Below are positions 51,635 to 61,139 of a stretch of DNA of 64,000 nucleotides, in pieces. Within the stretch, counting starts at the first letter, position 1. Every line of letters starts with the position of its first letter. Location: NCBI GenBank assembly GCA_047602405.1, contig JASGHJ010000002.1:3168001-3232000 (forward strand), in the 5' to 3' direction. This DNA is from Anaeromyxobacteraceae bacterium. GTDB lineage: Bacteria; Myxococcota; Myxococcia; Myxococcales; Anaeromyxobacteraceae. Made by a program: the position numbers and the translations under genes. The notes beneath the pieces are model-generated. The model was not told the DNA's origin and searched no databases. It saw only the letters and a list, made by a program, of their open reading frames with translations.

Positions 51635-53806
51635 TCACCAGGGCGTCGCGACCGGCTCCACCCCGAGCTGCCAGAGCAGGAACGCCTGATCGAACGCGAC
51701 CTCGCGGAGGCGATCGTAGCGGCCGCTCTTCCCGCCGTGGCCGGCGGCGTCGAGGTTGATGTTGAAGAGGAGCGGGTTCGCGTCGGTCTTCGTGGCGCGC
51801 AGGCGCGCGACCCACTTCGCGGGCTCCCAGTACATGACCTGCGAGTCGTTGTAGGACGACTTCACGAGCATCGCCGGGTAGGCCTTCGCCGCCACGTTGT
51901 CGTAGGGGCTGTAGCTCCGCATCACCCGGTACTCGGCCTCCTTCTTCGGGTTGCCCCACTCCTCGAACTCGCCGACGGTCAGCGGGAGCGACTCGTCGAG
52001 CATGGTGTTGAGGACGTCGACGAACGGGACCTGCGCGAGCACCGCGCGGAAGAGGTCCGGGCGCAGGTTCACGACCGCGCCCATGAGGAGGCCGCCCGCG
52101 CTGCCGCCCTGCATGGCGAGGCGGTCCTTCGCGACGGCGCCGGTCGCCTGGAGCGCCTCGGCCACGGCGACGAAGTCGGTGAAGGTGTTGCGCTTGTTCG
52201 CCATGCGCCCGGCGTCGTGCCAGGGCTTGCCGAGCTCGCCGCCCCCGCGGATCCAGGCGGTGGCGTAGACGACGCCGCGGTCCACGAGGCTGTACACCGT
52301 CGAGTTGAAGGACGGCGTCATCGAGATGCCGTAGGAGCCGTAGCCGTAGAGGAGCCCGGCGGCCTTCCCGTCGAGGGCCACGTCCTTCCGCCGGAGCGTC
52401 CAGTACGGCACCGCGACGCCGTCCGCGGCCCTCGCCGAGGCGAGCTCGACCACGTAGCGGGACGGGTCGAAGCCCGGCACCTCCACCTGCTTCAGGAGCT
52501 TCCGCGCGCGCGTCGCGACCTCGTAGTCGAAGACCGACTCCGGCGTGATGGGCGACTGGTAGCCGAAGCGGAGCACCTTCGTGTCGAACTCGCGGTTCTC
52601 GCGGAGCGAGATCGCGTGCACGGGCTCGGGCAGCTCGATCCGGTGGCCGCCCGCGAGGCCCGCCTTCCCGAAGGGGACGATCCTCAGCTGCGGCACGCCG
52701 CCCTCGCGCTCGGCGAGCACGTAGAAGTCCCTGAACACCGTCACGTCCGCGAGCATGACGGCCGGGCGGTGCGGGACGAGCTCCTTCCAGTTCTTCCGGG
52801 CGGGGTCCTTCGCCGGCGCGGTCACGAGCCGGAAGTTCCGGCCGCCGGAGTTGGTGCGGACGTAGAAGACGCCGTCCCGGTGGTCGAGGTCGTACTGGTG
52901 ATCCTGCTCGCGGGGCGCGACGACGCGGAGCGCGGCCGCCGGCGTCGCCGTCGAGAGCACGCGGAGCTCGCTCGTCGTGTGGCTGCCGGAGCCGACCACG
53001 AGGTACTTCTTGTCGGTCGTGACGCCCACCCCGAGCTCGAACCGCTCGTCGGGCTCCTCGTACACGAGCGCGTCCTTCGCCTGGCCGAGCACGTGCCGGA
53101 AGAGCTGGTACGAGCGCTTCGTCTGGGGGTGCTCGACGACGTAGAAGAGCGTGCGGGAGTCGGCCGCCCAGGCGACGCTCGTGACGCGCTCGACGGCCTC
53201 CGGGCCGATCTTGCCCGTCGCGAGGTCCTTCACGTGGAGCGTGTACTGGCGGAAGCCGGTCTCGTCGGTGAGGTACGCGAGCTTCGTCGCGTCGGGGCTC
53301 ACCACGCGCCCGCCGACCGAGAGGAACGTCTTCCCCTCCGCGAGGGCGTTCTGGTCGAGCACCACCTCCTCGGGCGCCTCCATCGTGCCGTTGCGGCGGC
53401 AGAAGATCGGGTACTGCTTCCCCGCCTCCGTGCGCCCGTAATAGAGGTACCCGCCCTCCCGGTAGGGCACGCTCGTGTCGGTCTCGCGGATGCGCCCCTT
53501 CAGCTCCGCGTAGAGCCGCTCCTGCAGGGCCACGGTCGGCGCCATGACCGCCTTCGCGTACGCGAGCTCCGCGGTCAGGTACGCCTCGACCTCGGGCGTC
53601 CCCTTCCGGCGCAGCCAGAAGTAGTCGTCGGGGAGCGTCTCGCCGTGGATCGCGACCGGGTGAGCCTCCTTCCGGGCGATCGGCGCGACCGGCGCGGGCG
53701 GCCTCGCGGGGACGGCGGCCGCGGCGGGGGCGGGCTTCGGGGGAGCGACCGGCGCGGCGGCGCAGGCCGCGAGTGCGAAGGCGAGGATCGAGAGGGGTCG
53801 GCGCAT
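51635..53806 (-). CDS. ptrB: Oligopeptidase B (S9A), lipoprotein-like N-terminus
   Basis: DDYFWLR, YGYGSYG, GGSAGGLL, DSQVMYWEPAKW, AGHGG. Confidence 0.92.
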   Translation of the reverse strand: MRRPLSILAFALAACAAAPVAPPKPAPAAAAVPARPPAPVAPIARKEAHPVAIHGETLPDDYFWLRRKGTPEVEAYLTAELAYAKAVMAPTVALQERLYAELKGRIRETDTSVPYREGGYLYYGRTEAGKQYPIFCRRNGTMEAPEEVVLDQNALAEGKTFLSVGGRVVSPDATKLAYLTDETGFRQYTLHVKDLATGKIGPEAVERVTSVAWAADSRTLFYVVEHPQTKRSYQLFRHVLGQAKDALVYEEPDERFELGVGVTTDKKYLVVGSGSHTTSELRVLSTATPAAALRVVAPREQDHQYDLDHRDGVFYVRTNSGGRNFRLVTAPAKDPARKNWKELVPHRPAVMLADVTVFRDFYVLAEREGGVPQLRIVPFGKAGLAGGHRIELPEPVHAISLRENREFDTKVLRFGYQSPITPESVFDYEVATRARKLLKQVEVPGFDPSRYVVELASARAADGVAVPYWTLRRKDVALDGKAAGLLYGYGSYGISMTPSFNSTVYSLVDRGVVYATAWIRGGGELGKPWHDAGRMANKRNTFTDFVAVAEALQATGAVAKDRLAMQGGSAGGLLMGAVVNLRPDLFRAVLAQVPFVDVLNTMLDESLPLTVGEFEEWGNPKKEAEYRVMRSYSPYDNVAAKAYPAMLVKSSYNDSQVMYWEPAKWVARLRATKTDANPLLFNINLDAAGHGGKSGRYDRLREVAFDQAFLLWQLGVEPVATPW

Positions 53807-53875
53807 GGGGCCGGAACGGTAGCAGGCTTGCCACCCCGGTCGCGACCTTGTTACTTGGAAAGAGAGGAGGGTCTC

Positions 53876-54877
53876 GTGACGGAGCCGGGCGTCCAGCTTC
53901 GCTACAAGCCGCCGCCGCCCGGCGACCGCGAGCCGTGCTTCCTCGGGCCCGCGCCGGTGAAGCCCGGCGGGCCCCGCTACCTCTTCCACGACCGGCTCGA
54001 GATCGGCCGCGACGACGGCGCGCGCCCCGAGGAGCCCGGCGTGCTGCTCGTCGCCGACCCGACCGTCTCCCGGGTCCACTGCGTGCTCACCCAGGACCGC
54101 GACGGGCGCTGCTTCGTGCGCGACCTCTCCCGGAACGGCACGCGCCTCGACGGCCGGCGGCTCGTCCCGAACGTCGAGAACCCCATCGAGTTCGGGCAGG
54201 TCCTCCAGGTCGGCTCGGTGAAGCTCGCGCTCCTCGGCGAGGGGGCCGCGATCCGCCGCGCCGCCCCGACCACCGGCAGCACCATCCCCGCGCCGAACCA
54301 CGCGATCGTCACCGTGCTCGTGGGGGACATCCGCGACTACACGCACCTCGTCCGGCTCAGCCTCACGCGCGAGGTGCAGGCCGCGGTGAGCCGCACGTTC
54401 GAGCTCTTGTCCGCGGAGGTGGCGGCCCACGGCGGGACGGTGAAGGAGTACCAGGGCGACGCCCTGCTCGCGTTCTGGGAGGGCGACGCCGCCGGGGCGC
54501 AGGCGCCGCGCGCCTGCGCGGCGGCGCTCGCGCTCGACCGGCTCGCCGGGCGGCTCGGGGCCGATCGCTCCCACTGGCCTCTCGAGGACTTCCCGCTCCG
54601 GATGGACTGGGCGCTCGCGACCGGCTTCGTGCTCATCGACAGCTTCGGCCGCGGCACGCCCACCGGCCTCTCCATGATGGGCGAGCCCATCGTGCGCGCG
54701 TTCCGGATCGAGAAGTTCGCGACCGAGGAGTCCGGCCGCATCCTCGCCTGCGGCGCGACCGAGGAGTTCGCCCGCGCCGCGTTCAGCTTCCGCGACCTCG
54801 GCGAGCGGCTCGCGAAGGGCTTCGACGCGCCGGACCACGTCTTCTCCCTCCTGGGCGCGCGCGGGGGCGCCGCGTGA
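53876..54877 (+). CDS. FHA domain + class III nucleotide cyclase
   Basis: FHA IGR, VSRVH, SRNGT; cyclase VGDIRDYT, EYQGDA, AFRIE. Confidence 0.88.
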   Translation: MTEPGVQLRYKPPPPGDREPCFLGPAPVKPGGPRYLFHDRLEIGRDDGARPEEPGVLLVADPTVSRVHCVLTQDRDGRCFVRDLSRNGTRLDGRRLVPNVENPIEFGQVLQVGSVKLALLGEGAAIRRAAPTTGSTIPAPNHAIVTVLVGDIRDYTHLVRLSLTREVQAAVSRTFELLSAEVAAHGGTVKEYQGDALLAFWEGDAAGAQAPRACAAALALDRLAGRLGADRSHWPLEDFPLRMDWALATGFVLIDSFGRGTPTGLSMMGEPIVRAFRIEKFATEESGRILACGATEEFARAAFSFRDLGERLAKGFDAPDHVFSLLGARGGAA

Positions 54878-55881
54878 GCGGCGAGACCCTCCTCGACTTC
54901 CCGGCGGTCGAGCCGGACGAGCCGTGGCGCGTGCCCCCGCCCGGGCTCGGCCCCGCCGTCGCAGTGGCCGGGGCGCCGCGGGCCGCCCCCGGCGCCGCGC
55001 GCGCGGTCGAGCTCGCGCCGGGCACCCGGCTCGGGGAGCGGTTCCGCATCGTGAAGCGGCTTGGCCGCGGCTCGATGGCGACCGTCTACCTCGCCCTCGA
55101 CCTGCGCGCGCGGCGCGAGGTCGCGCTGAAGCTCGTCGACCCGTACCTCGGCGACGATCCGCGGGTGCTCGCCCGCGCCCAGCGCGAGCTCGAGCTCGCC
55201 CGCGTGGTCGCCCACCCGTGCGTGCGGCGCGTGCACGAGCACGGGGTGGTCGACGGCGTGCGGTTCTTCACGATGCAGCACGTCGAGGGCGAGACGCTCG
55301 CCGACCGGCTCCGCCGCGAGCGGCCGCTCGCCCTGCGCGTGGCGCTCGGGCTCTTCCACCAGGTCGCGAGCGGCATCGCCGCGGTCCACGAGCGCGGCGT
55401 CGTGCACCGCGACGTGAAGCCCCGGAACGTGCTCCTCGACCTCGAGGGCCGCGCCTACGTCACCGACTTCGGCCTCGCGACCTCTCCGCGCGTCCGCTCG
55501 GTCACCCGCGCCGGCGAGATCCTCGGCACGCCCGACTACATGTCGCCCGAGCAGGTCCGCGGCGAGCCCGCCGATCCCCGCTGCGACGTCTTCTCCCTCG
55601 GCGTGGTCCTGTTCGAGCTCGTCTCCGGGACCCTGCCGTACCTCGGCGCCACCACCTTCGAGGCGATGATCCTCCGCACCCGCGCCCCGGCGCGCCCGCT
55701 CCGCGCGCTCGCGCCGCACGTGCCCGGGCCGCTCGACGCGCTCGTCGCCCGGTGCCTCGCGCGCGACGCGAAGGACCGCCCCGCGAACGCGCGGGAGGTC
55801 GTGCTCGAGCTCGCCCGCGCGGCGGCGGCGCACCGGCGCGCCACGCCGCCCCGGCCGGCGGAGGCGGCGGCCACCGCGTGA
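54874..55881 (+). CDS. Cytoplasmic Hanks-type Ser/Thr protein kinase
   Basis: GRGSMATVY, VALK, HRDVKPRN, DFG, GTPDYMSPE; no TM. Confidence 0.93.
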   Translation: MSGETLLDFPAVEPDEPWRVPPPGLGPAVAVAGAPRAAPGAARAVELAPGTRLGERFRIVKRLGRGSMATVYLALDLRARREVALKLVDPYLGDDPRVLARAQRELELARVVAHPCVRRVHEHGVVDGVRFFTMQHVEGETLADRLRRERPLALRVALGLFHQVASGIAAVHERGVVHRDVKPRNVLLDLEGRAYVTDFGLATSPRVRSVTRAGEILGTPDYMSPEQVRGEPADPRCDVFSLGVVLFELVSGTLPYLGATTFEAMILRTRAPARPLRALAPHVPGPLDALVARCLARDAKDRPANAREVVLELARAAAAHRRATPPRPAEAAATA

Positions 55882-56762
55882 TCACCCGACCCCTCGGCAC
55901 CTGTGGCCTCGCCGTGCCGCCGGTCGGCCTCGGCACCGGCCGCATCGGCGGCGACGACGTCTCGGACGCCGAGGCCGAGGCGCTCGTCCGCCGGGCGCTC
56001 GAGCTCGGCGCGGTGCTCGTGGACGCGGCGCGCAGCTACGGGCGGGCCGAGGAGCGGCTCGGGCGCGCGCTCGCGGGCGGCGCGCGCGACCGCGCGGTGG
56101 TCACGACCAAGGTCGGCTACGGCATCCCCGGCCACGCCGACTGGACCGGCGGCTGCGTCGCCGCGGGCGTCGACGCGGCGCTCGCGCGGCTCGGCACCGA
56201 CCGGATCGACGTGGTCTTCCTGCACTCGTGCCCGCTCGAGGTGCTCCGCCGGGACGACGTGCTCGGGGCGCTCGAGGGCGCGGTGCGCGCGGGGAAGGTG
56301 CGCGCCGCGGGCTACTCCGGCGAGGGCGAGGCGCTCGCGTGGGCGGTGGCGTCGGGCCGTTTCCAGGTGATCCAGTGCTCGGTCTCCGCGTGCGACCAGG
56401 CGAGCCTCGACGGCCCCGTCGCGGAGGCCGCGCGCCGGGGGATGGGCGTGCTCGCGAAACGGTCGCTCGCGAACGCGCCGTGGCGGTTCCGTGAGCGCCC
56501 TTCGGGCGACGAGGCCGAGCCGTACTGGGAGCGCCTGCGGGCGATGGCGCTCGACCCGGGGCCCCACGCCTGGGACGCGCTCTTCCTGCGCTTCGCGGCG
56601 TTCGCGCCGGGCGTCTCGGCCGCGCTCGTCGGCACCCGCTCCGCCGCGCACCTCGAGGCCGCCGTCCGCGCGGCGGAGCTCGGCCCGCTGCCCGACGAGG
56701 ACGCGCGGCGGGTGCGCGCCGCGTTCCGCCAAGCCGGGGCCGGCTGGGCCGGGCGGATCTAG
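55878..56762 (+). CDS. Aldo/keto reductase
   Basis: VGLGT, DAARSYG, TKVG, LGTDRIDVVFLH. Confidence 0.9.
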   Translation: MITRPLGTCGLAVPPVGLGTGRIGGDDVSDAEAEALVRRALELGAVLVDAARSYGRAEERLGRALAGGARDRAVVTTKVGYGIPGHADWTGGCVAAGVDAALARLGTDRIDVVFLHSCPLEVLRRDDVLGALEGAVRAGKVRAAGYSGEGEALAWAVASGRFQVIQCSVSACDQASLDGPVAEAARRGMGVLAKRSLANAPWRFRERPSGDEAEPYWERLRAMALDPGPHAWDALFLRFAAFAPGVSAALVGTRSAAHLEAAVRAAELGPLPDEDARRVRAAFRQAGAGWAGRI

Positions 56763-58816
56763 GCTCCCTCCTCCTCCAGGATCCGCACCGGCATGACCAT
56801 CGCGTTCATGCCGGCGAGCTGGAGGCGGCGCTGGAGCTGGAAGGCGGTCTCGTTGTGCAGGAGCCGCTGGAAGAGGCTCTCGCGCTGGAAGACGAGCTTC
56901 CCGGCGAAGAACACGGCCCGGGGAAACTCGGCCGCGACCGCGGCGCAGAGCTTCTCGGCCTCCGCCACGGCCTCGGTGCCGACCTCCATGCGGTGGTCGG
57001 CCGGCAGCCCGAGCCGGTGGGCGAGGTCGACGTAGCGCTCCAGGCTCTCGCGGGTGCGCAGGCGGATCCGGTCGACCTCCTCGATGCCCTTCATGGTGGC
57101 GGAGTCGACGACGCCCACCGAGACGAAGATCAGGTTCTTGAAGAACCCCGGGAACGTCCGCTGGACCGTGAGGACCGCGTGGACCCCCAGGCCGCCGTAG
57201 CCGCCGACGAGGAGCACGGCGGTGGGCTTCGAGGGGTCGAGCACCGGGTGCACCGTGGGCCGTTCCTGCGGGAGTGCCGCGAGGATCGCGTCGAGGCGCT
57301 TCAGGTTCTGCACGACGCCGCGGTAGTGCCGGCGGATGACGAAGCAGAGCGCGACGACGAGGCCCGTCACCACGATGGTGATCCAGCCGCCCTGCTCGCC
57401 CTTCTCGTGTACGGTGCCGACGAGGATCGACGCGCAGAGCGCGAAGGCCACCCCGTGGATTGCGAAGCCCCGCCGGCGCCCCTCGCCGCGATGCTTCCCC
57501 CAGTAGCGGAGCATGGCCGCCTGGGAGAGCGAGAAGGTCACGAAGACGTTGATCGAGTACATCGTGACGAGGTGGAGGATGTCGCCTCCGGTGAAGAGCA
57601 GCGTGGCGAGCGACGCGGCGCCCATGAGGAACACGCCGTTCTGCATGGTGAGCCGGTCGGAGAGCTGGGCGAACCGGTGCGGGAGCCAGGAGTCTGTCGC
57701 CATGTTGGACATGACGCGCGGCCCGTCGATGAAGCCGGCCTGCGCGGCGACGACGAGGAGCGCCGCCTCCGCGACGAGCGTCACGACGACGAAGCCCTGC
57801 CCCACCGGCACGCCACCGAGGTGGAAGCCACCCGCGAACCGCTCGAGCAGCACCGCGTTCATCGTCTTCCCCTCCTCCGGCGAGGCGCCGAAGAGGAGGT
57901 ACGCGACGAGGATGCCGCCGGCGGTGATGGCGAGCGACGAGGCCATGTAGACCATCGTGCGCCGGGCGGTGCGGACCTTCGGCTCCTGCATGATCTGGAT
58001 GCCGTTCGAGACCGCCTCGATGCCCGTGTACGTGCCGGCGCCCATCGAGTAGGCACGCACGAACACCATGAAGAGCCCGGCGAGGCCGAGCTCGGCGACG
58101 CCGGAGCGGAAGCCGTGGGCCACCTCGCCCGCCACGCGCGGCACCTCGAGGATCCGCGAGCCGAGGCCGCCCACGACGAGCACCGCGTGGGTGAGCAGGA
58201 ACAAAAGGAAGATCGGCGCGAGGAAGGCGACCGACTCCTTCACGCCGCGCAGGTTGAGGATCACGAGCGCGAGGATCGCAGCGGCCTCGAACGGCAGCTT
58301 CCAGCCGGCGAGCGAGGGCGGCAGGAAGCTCCAGAGCGCGTCGCCGGAGGACGCGATGGAGACCGAGATGGTGAGGACGTAGTCGACGAGGAGCGCGGCG
58401 CCGGAGACGACGCCGGCCCGCGGCCCGAGGAGCTCGGTCGCGACCACGTACCCGCCGCCGCCGAACGGGAACCGCTTGATGATCTGTCCGTAGGCGACCG
58501 AGATGACGAGCACGGTCCCCGCCGTGGCGAGCGCGAGGGCGACGGCGAGGTAGCCGTGCCGGCCGAGCGCCCGGAACGCCTCGTCCGGGCCGTACGCGGA
58601 GGACGAGAGGCCATCGGCGCCGAGCCCCACCCACGCGAGGAGCGCGATGAGCGCGATGCTGTGGTGCGTGTGCGGATCCTGCACGTCCCGCGGCGCGCCC
58701 AGGACGAGGTGGCGCAGCCGGGTGGTGGTGGACTCGCGGCGAGGAGCCGGCGTGGACGCCTTCGCGGACGACCCGGGCGGGAGGCTGGGCTGCGGGCTGC
58801 TGGGGCCGTCGTTCAT
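56759..58816 (-). CDS. APC family permease (KimA/YdaO-like, probable K+ transporter)
   Basis: ADGLSSSAYGPDE, GGGGY, DYVLT, YTGIEAVSNG; soluble C-terminal domain. Confidence 0.85.
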   Translation of the reverse strand: MNDGPSSPQPSLPPGSSAKASTPAPRRESTTTRLRHLVLGAPRDVQDPHTHHSIALIALLAWVGLGADGLSSSAYGPDEAFRALGRHGYLAVALALATAGTVLVISVAYGQIIKRFPFGGGGYVVATELLGPRAGVVSGAALLVDYVLTISVSIASSGDALWSFLPPSLAGWKLPFEAAAILALVILNLRGVKESVAFLAPIFLLFLLTHAVLVVGGLGSRILEVPRVAGEVAHGFRSGVAELGLAGLFMVFVRAYSMGAGTYTGIEAVSNGIQIMQEPKVRTARRTMVYMASSLAITAGGILVAYLLFGASPEEGKTMNAVLLERFAGGFHLGGVPVGQGFVVVTLVAEAALLVVAAQAGFIDGPRVMSNMATDSWLPHRFAQLSDRLTMQNGVFLMGAASLATLLFTGGDILHLVTMYSINVFVTFSLSQAAMLRYWGKHRGEGRRRGFAIHGVAFALCASILVGTVHEKGEQGGWITIVVTGLVVALCFVIRRHYRGVVQNLKRLDAILAALPQERPTVHPVLDPSKPTAVLLVGGYGGLGVHAVLTVQRTFPGFFKNLIFVSVGVVDSATMKGIEEVDRIRLRTRESLERYVDLAHRLGLPADHRMEVGTEAVAEAEKLCAAVAAEFPRAVFFAGKLVFQRESLFQRLLHNETAFQLQRRLQLAGMNAMVMPVRILEEEGA

Positions 58817-58862
58817 GGCGACCCGAGGATGGCGGGCCCGGCGCGCCAGCGGCATCCGAGCC

Positions 58863-58904
58863 GCATCAAGACCGGGCGCCTCCGTATCAAGACGGCATCA
58901 AGAT
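58863..58904. promoter_or_regulatory. Triple direct repeat GYATCAAGAY, putative KdpE site
   Basis: Copies at 58863, 58884 and 58895 (21- and 11-bp spacing) between the divergent APC and kdp genes. Confidence 0.6.
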
Positions 58905-59011
58905 CCCCGCCAACCGTCCGAAAGATGGCCGGTTCCAGCTTGACGCGCTCCCGACGGCCGCCCGCCGCGCCTTGACCCCACCCTGACGTGCCCGGCGCTA
59001 GCCTTCCCACC

Positions 59012-59293
59012 GTGAACGCGCCCTTCGGCACCTCGCACCTGCGCCTCGTCCCGTCCCCGCACCGCCAAGGTGTTCCGGCCTCCGTGGACCGGACCCGCGG
59101 CGGCGACGACGACGCGCGTGGTGACCTCGTGCTCTTGGGCGCCCTCCTCGCGGTGGGGGCCTTCCCGCTCGTGGGCGAGGCGTTCGGCCTCGGCTTCGGG
59201 CAGGGGACCCTGGGCGCTTCCGCCGCGCTCTCGCTCCTCTCGGGGCGAGAGCTTCTGTCACAGACCCGCGAGCTCCTCCGCGCCCGACCCTAG
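59012..59293 (+). CDS. Small hydrophobic protein upstream of kdpF
   Basis: DLVLLGALLAVGAFPLVG...LGASAALSLL segments; stop 8 bp before kdpF; start uncertain. Confidence 0.5.
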   Translation: MNAPFGTSHLRLVPSPHRQGVPASVDRTRGGDDDARGDLVLLGALLAVGAFPLVGEAFGLGFGQGTLGASAALSLLSGRELLSQTRELLRARP

Positions 59294-59300
59294 GTGAACC

Positions 59301-59393
59301 ATGACCGCACTCACCGCGGCGGCCGGCGTCCTCGCCGCAGGCCTCCTCGTCTACCTCCTCTTCGCGCTGCTCTTCCCGGAGAAGCTCCAGTGA
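59301..59393 (+). CDS. kdpF: K+-transporting ATPase subunit F
   Basis: [30 protein letters not shown]; stop overlaps kdpA GTG. Confidence 0.92.
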   Translation: MTALTAAAGVLAAGLLVYLLFALLFPEKLQ

Positions 59394-61130
59394 CCACCAC
59401 CGCGCTCGTGAGCGTCGCTCTCTACCTTGGCGTCCTCACCGCGCTCGCGCTGCCGCTCGGCGCCTACGTCGCGCGGGTCCACGAGGGGAGGTCCCGCCGG
59501 GCCGACCGGATCTTCGGTCCGGTCGAGCGGCTCCTCTACCGCCTCGCGGGCGTCGACCGGAAGGAGGAGATGAGCTGGAGGCGCTACCTCGCCGCGCTGA
59601 TGGTCTTCAACGTCGCCGGGATCCTCGTCGTGTACGGGATCCAGCGGCTGCAGGACCGCCTCCCGCTCGACCCCGCCGGCCTCCCGGCCGTCGACCCGTG
59701 GATCGCGTTCAACACGGCGGTCAGCTTCGCCACGAACACGAACTGGCAGGCCTACGGCGGCGAGGCGACGATGAGCCACCTGACCCAGCTGCTCGCGCTG
59801 ACGACGCAGAACTTCGTCTCGGCCGCGACGGGGGTGGCGGTGCTGTTCGCCCTCGTCCGCGGGTTCACCCGGCGCTCCGCGCAGACGCTCGGCTCGTTCT
59901 GGGTGGACCTCACCCGCGCGACCCTGCACGTCTTCCTGCCGCTCTCCGTCGTGCTGGCGGTCGTCCTCGTCTCCCAGGGCGTCGTGCAGACGTACCGGGC
60001 GGAGGCCCACCACGCCCTGCTCGACCCGGGTGTCGACGGCCAGGGCGCCCCCGTCACGCAGCAGGTGGTCGCGATCGGCCCCGTCGCGTCGCAGGTCGCC
60101 ATCAAGCAGCTCGGGACGAACGGCGGGGGCTACTACAACGTCAACTCCGCCCACCCCTTCGAGAACCCGACGCCGCTCTCGAACTTCCTCGAGGTGCTCG
60201 CGATCCTGCTCGTCCCGGCGGCGCTCTGCTTCACGTTCGGCCGCCTCGTCGGCGACCGGCGCCAGGGCGTCACGCTCTTCGTGGCGATGCTCGTGATCCT
60301 CGCCCCGCTCATGCTCCACAGCGTCGCGGTCGAGCAGGCCGGCAACCCGGCCCTCGCGGCGCTCGGCGTGGACCAGGCGCCCGGCCCGCTTCAGGCGGGC
60401 GGGAACATGGAGGGGAAGGAGGCGCGCCTCGGCCCGGTCGACTCGGCGATCTGGGCGGTCGCCACCACCGCCGCCTCGAACGGCTCGGTGAACGCGATGC
60501 ACGACAGCTTCATGCCGCTCGCAGGCCTGTGGCCGATGTTCCTCATCCAGCTCGGCGAGGTCGTCTTCGGCGGGGTCGGCTCGGGCCTGTACGGCATGCT
60601 CGCTCTTCGCCCTCGTGGCGGTGTTCATCGCGGGTCTCATGGTGGGCCGCACCCCCGAGTACCTCGGCAAGAAGATCGAGGCCCACGAGATCAAGCTGGC
60701 GAGCCTCGGGATCCTGGTGCCTTGCGTCGCGGTGAAGCTCGGCACCGCGCTCGCGACGGCGACCCCCGAGGCGCGCGCGACCGTCGGCAACCCGGGCCCG
60801 CACGCCTTCAGCGAGCTCCTGTACGCCTTCTCGTCGATGGCGAACAACAACGGGTCGGCGTTCGCCGGCCTCACCGCCTCGAACCCGTGGTGGACCGTGG
60901 CGGGCGCGATCGCGATGTTCGTGGGCCGCTACGGGGTCATCGTCGCCGTGCTCGCGCTCGCCGGCGCGCTCGCCGCGAAGAAGCACGTCCCGGAGTCCGC
61001 CGGGACGCTCCCCACCACCGGGCCGCTGTTCACGACCTTCCTCGTGGGGACCGTGCTCCTCGTGGGCGCGCTGACCTTCCTCCCGTCCCTCGCGCTCGGC
61101 CCCGGGGTCGAGCACCTCCTGCTCCCGTAG
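59390..61130 (+). CDS. kdpA: K+-transporting ATPase subunit A, frameshift ~60601
   Basis: [34 protein letters not shown] / [24 protein letters not shown]. Confidence 0.93.
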
Positions 61131-61139
61131 GTGACCGCC

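Noticed and set aside
53876..54877. Pycsar/CBASS defence system
   Set aside because: No adjacent cyclic-nucleotide-binding effector; the FHA/kinase context and host-like GC fit signalling.
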